This document shows, one piece after another, positions 54,664 to 64,000 of a stretch of DNA of 64,000 bases (position 1 is its first letter; every line of letters starts with the position of its first letter). The translations under genes and the position numbers were made by a program. The notes beneath the pieces are model-generated. The model ran no database searches. It was not told where the DNA came from and saw only the letters and a program-made list of their open reading frames with translations. The stretch spans positions 4,278,001-4,342,000 of the forward strand of contig CM035352.1 of assembly GCA_020137815.1 (NCBI GenBank), read 5' to 3'. The stretch is from Hormiphora californensis (Eukaryota > Animalia > Ctenophora).

Positions 54664-57600
54664 ATGAACAGTCGTTTAACGGCGACTAAACGAATAGAGG
54701 AAGAGGTGACATGTCCGGTGTGCATGGACCGATTTTCTAACTCAGGTACTAGCAAGGGCCAGGGGGAAATGTAGATATATTCTGTGTCAGAGACCAAGCC
54801 TTTACTGATGTATGATGATCTATCATTCCCCATTTCTCATCATCTCTTCACTTACCAACACATCCTATGATTCCATCATTTTTCTCACTCTTTTCACTAC
54901 CTCCCATCTAACAGGTGAGAAGATAGCCCGAATCCTACCCTGTCACCACACCATCTGCCAGACATGCCTGGTGCGCATTGCCCATGGGAGCGATACAGCA
55001 TGGACCCTCAAGTGTCCCTCCTGTCGGAACGAATCCCTCATCCCCAACGGTGATATCCGAGCATTTGAGGTTGATTTCAGGGTTAACAGGCTGATTGAGG
55101 TTCTTGCGAGGTTACAAGCCAGTGAGCAACCCTCGGGAGAGGTCCTGAAAAACAGGGCTGCAAGGTTGAGACCCGAGGTGACAAAATCTGCAAACTCCCT
55201 GCGGTCCCTCCTCCGACAGGTCAGTGCAGGCCCAAACAATTCCGTAGTTTAGATCATGTTGTAAAATTAAATCGTTAGTTTTAGTATCTTTGCCAATTAT
55301 AGGCCCCCCTCGTGACTTCGCCTCGAGTCGCTTGACACTGTGTCCGTGCTCCGAAAGTATGAACAATTCAAACTTCCCAACCACCCTCCCTGTTTCTAGA
55401 TTGATCTGGCGGTTAGGGAGAACAATGTTGGTTGTACGGTCCAGAAGAAGAAGGTTACAGATGGGATAGAGATGTGTGTGACATTAATCAGACAACACCA
55501 GCAGGAAATGTTGGGAGAACTGGAGGAGCAGAGAAGGGAAAATGAACAAGCATTGTTGCTACAACAGGTACGTAATAGTGATGATTTTAAATTAGACATA
55601 ATATACGTCCACATCGACTAACTACGTGATTCGTTTGACACTGTTGTGTTGGCTGTGTCCGTGCTTTAAATATATCAGCTATGAACATTTCAACTACCAT
55701 GAAATTACAAAATTCATTCACAATCTATCAATATCAATATCTATCAATATCAATATCAATATACCCACAGGAAGAAGCCTCGTTAGAACTTGGAAACATT
55801 GAAAGCGTCCTGGCCCTTGAACAAGCCTGTTTCCGGAGGCGAGATGACTCCGCAGAGATAGCCCGCCAAGCTGAGAGTGAGGTGTTACCACTCCTCGAAG
55901 TGTATAGTGAACGTTACAAGAGTATCAGGGAGCCTGTAATACCTGATCCCATCAATGGGTACCAGGAGGAGTTGGCCCAACTTCGGCGTGCTCTCATTAT
56001 TGACAGTGGCACTAGTCGGGTACACCAGGAAATGTTAAGTCTGGATGATAGTGATTCTGAGAGTAGTCTGGACGATAGTGGCATATCGGATACACCACCC
56101 AACCGGCCAAGTTTCTTTCTTACCAGCCAGACGGATTCCCCTGATCACACTGAGAGGAGGACGGTACATCGCCCGGTGGAGTCCCAGAGGACCGTCAGAG
56201 AATCTCGCCCACTTGAGTCCCAAAGAACAGTTAGGGAACATCCAGTGGAGAGAACTCACCAGAGAGCAGAGGTGACTGTGACACGAAGTGTCCCTGTTTT
56301 GAGAGAAGGTGTTGTCATGGATACCACCCGATCTGGCCGGGACAGGACCTATGTTGCTGCCCCTCCTCCTCCCCATATCAGGAACAGATCGGCCATTCGG
56401 AGACCACTCAACAATAGTGTCCGCCACTTTTCAACCTCTTGGGGTAGCCATGGGTCGGGTGTGGGCCAACTTGACACCCCTACAGGTCTCTGTATTGTGG
56501 ACGGTGGACGGGTGGCGGTGGTTGATGCGGGTAACTGCAGGATTTGTGTTTTCAACTTTGATGGCACGCTGGCACGACAGTTTGGTAGGAGGGGACGAGG
56601 GAGGGGACAGCTGAATTGCCCTAACGCCATCGCATCCGCGGGGGAGAATATCTTTATTGCGGATACCTACAATAACAGAATTAGTGTTCACTCTGCTGCG
56701 GATGGGAATTTCCTGACTGCTTTTGGAAGTCTGGGTAAGTTTGGGTTCTTATTTCAGGGGTGGATCCAGGTCCAAATAAGTGAGGGGGTGGCATGGCCGA
56801 AGGCCATGTTCACATTAGTAGTATATAAAATGGTACCGCTGTGCCACGATTTTGGGAGTCACCAAATTATTCCATATATGGGCATATCACGTGTCACATG
56901 GTGTCACATGATATCAGATGTGTCACGTGATATCAGGTGACATCACATGATGTCACATGATGTCACATGATTATGAGGTCATGGTGTGACGTCACTTCGT
57001 GACGTCACGTCATGACGTCATAGAATTATGCATAATTTTGTATATTTCATAAATTTTCATATGATGTCACGTGATTAATTACGATTATGACGTCATCACA
57101 GAAATGTATGAATTTTCTTCAGCANNNNNNNNNNNNNNNNNNNNNNNNNNNNNNNNNNNNNNNNNNNNNNNNNNNNNNNNNNNNNNNNNNNNNNNNNNNN
57201 NNNNNNNNNNNNNNNNNNNNNNNNTACATTAAATGTATGAGTCATAATACCATAATTCTTGTATTCAAATAAGGTAACATAGTTTGCTGAAGAATTCATA
57301 CATTTCTGTGATGACGTCATAATCGTAATTAATCACGTGACATCATATGAAAATTTATGAAATATACAAAATTATGCATAATTCTATGACGTCATGACGT
57401 GACGTCACGAAGTGACGTCACACCATGACCTCATAATCATGTGACATCATGTGACATCATGTGATGTCACCTGATATCACGTGACACATCTGATATCATG
57501 TGACACCATGTGACACGTGATATGCCCATATATGGAATAATTTGGTGACTCCCAAAATCGTGGCACAGCGGTACCATTTTATATACTACTCACATTTTGA

Positions 57601-60600
57601 CGGAACGCGACGACGGTGCCGCGAAGCGGCGCCGGAGGGGCACCGGCAGGGGGTTTGGGGGCTGCAGGCCCCCAATGGGGTCCAGGGGCAAAGCCCCGGC
57701 GGGGGTCTAGGGGGCGGAGCCCCCGGAAAATTTTGAGTTTTTTGACCAATTTTGAGCATTTTCAACCAATTCTAGACATCTAAAAGTCAAACTTTAGAAG
57801 AATAACTTATCGATTGAAGAATAACCGTTGAATTGTTCTTCTACTTTGATAAATCAATTGTAAATAATATAACTATTGAGACAAGTGAAAACAAGTTTTT
57901 TACACAATCAACAAATGTTTCACGCGAATGCGATCGTCCTGACGATCGCATTCGCGTGAAACATTTGTTGATTGTGTAAAAAACTTGTTTTCACTTGTCT
58001 CAATAGTTAAGCTCTCCGCATCCCCGGATCGAGCACTCTACCAGGATACTAACTTCTACATCTAGCTAGTAAATAATATAACAAAATGAACTTCTCGAGA
58101 AAATTTTGGGAGTTTTGAACCTTAAAACTATGCTTTTCAGACACTTTTTGCTAACAAAGTGGGGGGGTGTGTGTGTGTGTGTGTGTTTTGCACCGCCCGT
58201 CATTCCTCCCACTTTACTGCCCCACAATGGTCGGCAGACAACCTATATTAATATCACTCTTCGCCACCGTCCCCCACACGTAGGGATAATGTTGATGTTG
58301 TTCCGGTTTGGGTCCTGGTATTTTGTTGAGCAAGCTCAACATTTCCCTCGAACCTTCGCCGGCATCACAAGAAGAGTATTTGATACAGTGAATCTAATAT
58401 TAGACTGACATACCTATATTGTCAGGACAATGGATGGAATTTACCTGTCTCACAGACTGGTCTTTGGTTACTACTGCTCCAGGGAGCTGTAGAGGTAGGT
58501 GGGTTGCCGGATATGACAATACCGTGGGTTCACCATCTAATCGGTGACGGCTGAAATATCTTATCACACCTCAGGTCTTTGGTCAAAACCGCTAGCAGTA
58601 CTTATCAGCATGCAACCTGGGGGTCCGGACAGCTAATTTCTTAGCAAGCACAGATAAGCATGAAAAACGCTTATGTAAACTTCTGGTGAGCATTTGGCAA
58701 ATTATCAGCTCCCAGGGGTTGCACTATTGCGGGGTAATTACTTGCCATACGGCGGAGGTGGCCCTTTGTTATGGCCCAGAACTGCCCTACCTTAATAGTG
58801 GGACCCTTATGATGTGGTTTTGTGGAATTCCCCGGCCGTAGCGATTCTTGCCCTGTGGTTTGCTACTTCTTTCAGATCGGGATGGTTGGGGATGGTTTAT
58901 TCGAATAGGTTACTTCTGTATACTAATTTGGAGAATTTGTGCAGATCCAGTGTGTTGCTGGGAGTGAGAATGTTGTTGATGATATCTTGGTAGTCGAGTT
59001 TGTATCGTAGCTCATCTAGGTCTGGGCAGTGGAGGAGCTGCAAAGGTAGTATGTGGCAAAAATTTGGGCAGAGGTTCCCCAGGGGAATAACCCCTATTTT
59101 TGCGAGAGAAGGTAACCTCCGTCCGACCAATATGGGATGTTGGACAGGAGGGCTGTTTTAAAGGCTACAGCTGCCGGGTGATTACAAATCATGGGTTGCC
59201 ATAATTGAGGGAGGCTAGTTCTCTGGCGTAGAATTTACCCCCATAATTAAATGGGAGACAGCCGAAGGGTCATCAGGCATGCCTAGTAGGCAGAGGCCCT
59301 CGGTGATTACAAATCATGGGTTGCCATGTGTAACAAGGTTACTGGCTGGGGTGAGATTATCAGTTCAACCGGGATCCCCTCTAAGACTCAGCCCGACGAC
59401 CGACCGACAAACGATCGATCAACGACTGATATCAATCGTCAACCAACCGCTCATCAATCGACCGCCGAACCAAATCCCAGCAGGGACCAGCCGCACTGCA
59501 AGAGCTCGGTGCCATAGTTGAGTTCGGCAAGGTCTCTGGCAAAGTTTACTCCCCAAGATTGGGGAGAGAGCCGGTGTGATTTGACCGTAATCACTGGACC
59601 ATCAGCCAACCAGGTCCACGGCGGGGTAATTACTTGCCATACGGCGGAGGTGGCCATTTGTTTGGCCCAGACCTGCCCTACCACTTTTGGGTCCCTTATT
59701 GCGTTGTTATAGAAGAAAAATCCCCCATAAGTAGCGTTGCCCTATAGTTTGCCACTTGTTCCAGGTCGGGATAGTTAGGGATGGTTTAATCGAATAGGTT
59801 ACTTTTGGCTATTAGTTTGGAGAATTTTACCAAATCAAGTGTGTTGCTTGATCTGTTTGTTAGTGAGGAGGATTGTTACTAGATATATTGCAAAGGTAGT
59901 ATGTGGCAAAAATTTGGGCAGAGGTTCCCCAGGGGAAAAACCCCTATTTTTGCGAGAGAAGGTAACCTCCGTCCGACCAATATGGGATGTTGGACAGGAG
60001 GGCTGTTTTAAAGGCTACAGCTGCCGGGTGATTACAAATCATGGGTTGCCATAATTGAGGGAGGCTAGTTCTCTGGCGTAGAATTTACCCCCATAATTAA
60101 ATGGGAGACAGCCGAAGGGTCAACAGGCATGCCTAGTAGGCAGAGGCCCTCGGTGATTACAAATCATGGGTTGCCATGTGTAACAAGGTTACTGGCTGGG
60201 GTGAGATTATCAGTTCAACCGGGATCCCCACTAAGACTCAGCCCGACGACCGACCGACAAACGATCGATTAACGACTGATATCAATCGTCAACCAACCGC
60301 TCATCAATCGACCGCCGAACCAAATCCCAGCAGGGACCAGCCGCACTGCAAGAGCTCGGTGCCATAGTTGAGTTCGGCAAGGTCTCTGGCAAAGTTTACT
60401 CCCCAAGATTGGGGAGAGAGCCGGTGTGATTTGACCGTAATCACTGGACCATCAGCCAACCAGGTCCACGGCAACGGGACTGAGCTCGAAGAACTCAGCT
60501 GGCACGAAGAACCTGAGTTCCCCCCGCTGAGTGGGGGGGTGTGCAGTGCACCCCCCCCCCCTAAGGCCGTTTTCAGGGAAGTGAGGGGGTGGGCACCCCC

Positions 60601-61896
60601 CCACACCCCCCCCCCCCCCCGGTAGATCCACCCCTGTCTTATTTTGGGTTCTCTATTTTGTAGTACTTTGAAGATCCGAATGAATCAGCTGGTTTCAGTT
60701 GGTTTAGCCCACTGATGTTCCTAACTCCAATAGGTCGTGGTGAGTGTCAGTTTGATAGGCCGATAGGTCTAACTATAACACGACGAGGAGAGGTCCTAGT
60801 GGCGGACACATGGAACCATCGCCTTCAACTCTTAAAACCCGACGGAACATTTCTAAATGATATTGGTCGTCGTGGAAGTGGTATGTTATCCATCCCTTCT
60901 AAATCATAGTCCTGGCTTGTTGAGTTCTGCGCTCTGTGAGGGATGCTTGTCGAATCCCCTCATGGTTTTGTTCTTACATGTGAGCCCTTTTTCATCCTAT
61001 TCCACGCTTTATTCCGGCCCCTATTACCACCACTATTTCCTCCAGGCCCGGGTGAGTTTCAATGCCCATGCAGCGTCGCTCAGGACAGTAGAGGATTGAT
61101 CTATGTGTGTGATCTGGATAACACCCGAGTTCAGGTTCTCGATGAGGATGGGAACTATCTGAGGCACTTTGGTCGTCCTGGGTCTCATCCGGGAGCAATG
61201 CATGTAAGTGGGACAGACAGACAGACAACGACACGATGAGACACTGACAAGAGACTAGATATAGGATATAACAGAGGATTTCCCACTCTACCCGTATTTG
61301 CAACACAGTACAATACTGAGTACAGTACTGGTTATATATATCCCATATATACCCTCACTCCAGGCACCAAGAGCAGTAGCCGTGGACCAGAATGACTTTG
61401 TTTATGTTACGGAGTACCAGAACCACCACTTTCAGGTAACTACATATCATGAGGTTGTGACGTGGTTTTGGCGAGGTTTTGGTGAGGTTGTGACGTGGTT
61501 TTGGCGAGGCTTTGGTGAGGTTTTGGCGAGGTTTTGGCGAGGTTGTGGTGAGGTTGTGACGTGGTTTTGGTGAGGTTGTGACGTGGTTTTGGCGTGGTTT
61601 CTACTATTTTCATGTTGTTTGATCATCTACAGTCTCCGGCGGCGCCGACCCGATCTGAAAATCAAAACGGGGACTGCCGTCGCCAGACAGCTGCCATACA
61701 TATCCATTCAGCCCCTACATTGCTAACCCTCTCCCTTTCCTCCCAGGTGTTCGATCCCCAACACAAGTTTGTGTCCCGGTACGGTAGTGAGGGGTCAGGA
61801 GTGGGCGAGTTTAGCAAGCCTTGTGGGGTTGCAGTGGATGGTGAGGGACGAGTTTTCATAAGCGACTCTTTTAACCATCGCATTCATGTCTTCTGA
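54664..61896 (+). CDS. RING / coiled-coil / NHL-repeat E3 ligase (TRIM-NHL-like; no B-box seen)
   Basis: Approximate exons 54664-54745, 54914-55219, 55400-55566, 55771-56734, 60733-60880, 61026-61204, 61363-61435, 61747-61896. RING CPVC...LPCHHTICQTC...CPSCR. Six NHL repeats (GQLDTPTGL, VADTWNHRLQ, SDSFNHRIHVF). Confidence 0.88.
56817..57590. mobile_element. Probable Polinton/Maverick termini flanking an assembly gap
   Basis: TIRs longer than 300 bp starting AGTAGT, 6-bp TSD CACATT, and a 100-N gap (57125-57224) between the arms. Confidence 0.7.
57870..58009. repeat. Perfect palindrome with ~69-bp arms and a 2-nt centre
   Basis: TAACTATTGAGAC...GATCGTC-CT-GACGATC...GTCTCAATAGTTA. Confidence 0.9.
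58172..60529 (-). mobile_element. Second, longer copy of the (CA)n-tailed retroposon
   Basis: 14-bp TSD AGTGGGGGGGTGTG at 58158-58171 and 60530-60543. Both ends match 24697-26165. Contains an internal ~0.85-kb tandem duplication. Confidence 0.9.
61450..61600. repeat. Intronic minisatellite with 11/22-bp units
   Basis: GAGGTTGTGACGTGGTTTTGG(C/T) repeats. Confidence 0.85.
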
Positions 61897-61992
61897 GGCA
61901 ATACATTCTGAAGACAATCATACTATAGTACATTGCCGGAGTCAATACAAAATATATGGATGGTGACCATTTCTCATGTACTACATGATGTA

Positions 61993-63191
61993 CAGGGTGT
62001 CCCACTGTCTTTGCGTGACCTATGATTTTGAGTGATGAGTGGGTTCCATTCAAATGCTCATAACTCATCGAAAAATTGGTCAAAACGGCTCAACCAAAAA
62101 CAGTGTTGTAGAGAATTGTCAGGCGAACATTTGGGTACAAGATTGATGTTCCAAGTCTTACCAACCGTCAGATATATCGTCTTAAAGTCAAAAATACGTG
62201 TTCATGAAATCCGACCGGGGTTCACGTTTTGAAAAATTCACAAATGCAAAGTTGCTCGGATCACATTGCATCCCTCATAAGAGTTGTAGGAAATTGTCTG
62301 GCGGTCATTTTGGTACCCGAGTTTTTGTCCTAGCTCAATGTTTAGAGTGTCTTATGACTGTCAGAACTGGAATTTTCACAAAAGTGGTCTCAGGTATCGC
62401 ATTACATTTTGCCCTGTTATGAAGCTCATTGCTGCTTGAATAACATCTTAGTGCATGATAGGGTTGAGATAGACCACTTGCGTATCCTACACATTAACAG
62501 GGGCCTTGCCAAATCGTCATAACAACCCTGTCAAGTGTCTAGATGAAATTGAGACGATATGTGCTGATTATCATGGGATTACACACGACACCGAGCCACC
62601 TAATTAGGCGTTGTGAGCCGATACCAACTAAGACTCAGCGTAGACAAATCCTTATGTTCCTACAGTCATAACGCAACTAAAACGTAGAGCTATGGATAAA
62701 ATCATGGTATCAAAATGAACCTTAGACGATTCCAATGAAGCCCTTATAAATTTCAAACCATTTTACCCATTTGTTGATGACACGTGATCCCCTCAAAAAT
62801 GTTGGTTGAATTTCGTCTTTAGACAGTCATAAGACAGTCTAAACATTAAGCTAGGACAAAAACCCGGGTACCAAAGTGACCGCCAGACAGTTTCCTACAA
62901 CTCTTATGAGGGATGCAATGTGATCCGAGCAACTTTGCATATGTGAATTTTTCAAAACGTGAACCCCGGTCGGATTTCATGAACACGTATTTTTGACTTT
63001 AAGACGATATATCTGACGGTTGGTAAAACTTGGAACATCAATCTTGTACCCAAATGTTCGCCTGACAATTCTCTACAACACTGTTTTTGGTTGAGCCGTT
63101 TTGACCAATTTTTCGATGAGTTATGAGCATTTGAATGGAACCCACTCATCACCCAAAATCACAGGTCACGCAAAGACAGTGGGACACCCTG
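61993..63191. mobile_element. Tc1/mariner-type non-autonomous element with ~380-bp TIRs
   Basis: TA|CAGGGTGTCCCACTG...CAGTGGGACACCCTG|TA. Confidence 0.9.
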
Positions 63192-64000
63192 TAGTAACTT
63201 GGTCTGTAGATCGTGTGTTTGGGACAGTCACCCTAATATGGGGTACAAAACTCAGTGACTGCTTGCAGAGTTATAGTAGTTGTACAAAGATACCAAAGAG
63301 TGCTTTATTTGGTAGTTTAGTGGTGTGTATAATTAGTAGTTATTTGAGTTGTATATCTGTAGTTGTATTGGTACGTGACGCGGGCCTGTTGTGACATCAT
63401 ATCGTGTGTACAAAATGATGTAATGGGGGCGTGTGACGTTATTGCAGTGATCTATATATTGTTGTACAGAACAAAACAGGAAGCTTTTAGAAGTGAGAGG
63501 GATTGAAAACATTAACAATAGTACTACGACTCGTAGCGATACTTTTTGTATGAGAATCTATGAGATATTCAACTATATTTGCTGGCAAAGTTATTAACAG
63601 TTGAGTGATTTATTCAAACACGGTAAATTTTAATTCGTCCATGATCTAATATTCCATGCTGAAGTTGAACTGGAGCCAGCTGCGGGCTGCCGCGGTAAGC
63701 TGCAATCATCAGCCAGTCCTGTGACCAAAAGCGCACCGCCCACACACGACCGCGCGCAGAAAGTGAGTGCTTACAAGTAACTCACTTTGACATTTGGAAA
63801 TCTGCGCGCATTCCAGATACCACTGTAACATAGAATGTCAGGTGTGTCAGTGCCATATTTCCAATGAACGCAGCTGTAGAGTCACATGGGCAATTCAGTG
63901 TGACGTCAATTGAAGCACCTATATTGTAGTGAGAGATAGACCACAATTGCGGGTTAACCCCAATTACATATGCAGTCTATATAATACTTGTGCAATACTT

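Larger units (their letters stand above)
56755..60636. mobile_element. hAT-like MITE hosting nested insertions
   Basis: TIR CAGGGGTGGATC...GATCCACCCCTG with 8-bp TSD TCTTATTT. Confidence 0.85.

Overview
Compact, intron-rich animal genomic DNA. It is probably a ctenophore: the 43.8-44.3 kb exon resembles a domain family I recall from comb jellies, and nearly every ATG is preceded by a splice acceptor. Host genes: a Polycomb-like Tudor-PHD protein ending in a MYND finger (3303-9280 +), MMD/PAQR (10398-27911 -), TXNDC17, ZCCHC8 and UTP14 (+), exons of a sushi-containing extracellular protein, three intronless multi-saposin genes (-) and a RING-NHL ligase (54664-61896 +). The centrepiece is a young 13.9-kb Ty3/gypsy endogenous retrovirus (12612-26516) in MMD intron 3. 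It has apparently identical 555-bp LTRs, a 4-bp TSD, an Arg-type PBS, a PPT and a -1 gag-pol frameshift signal. Beyond gag/pol it carries a captured intronless SIAH/SINA E3 ligase, an F-type env with an inserted PAN/apple domain and both PTAP and LYPxL ESCRT late motifs in its cytoplasmic tail, and an unknown TM/polybasic ORF. Other elements: a non-coding (CA)n-tailed retroposon in two copies with 14-bp TSDs, ORF1-only retroposons, a probable Polinton collapsed into an assembly gap, and several foldback/MITE families. Gene models were built by eye and some exon boundaries are approximate.
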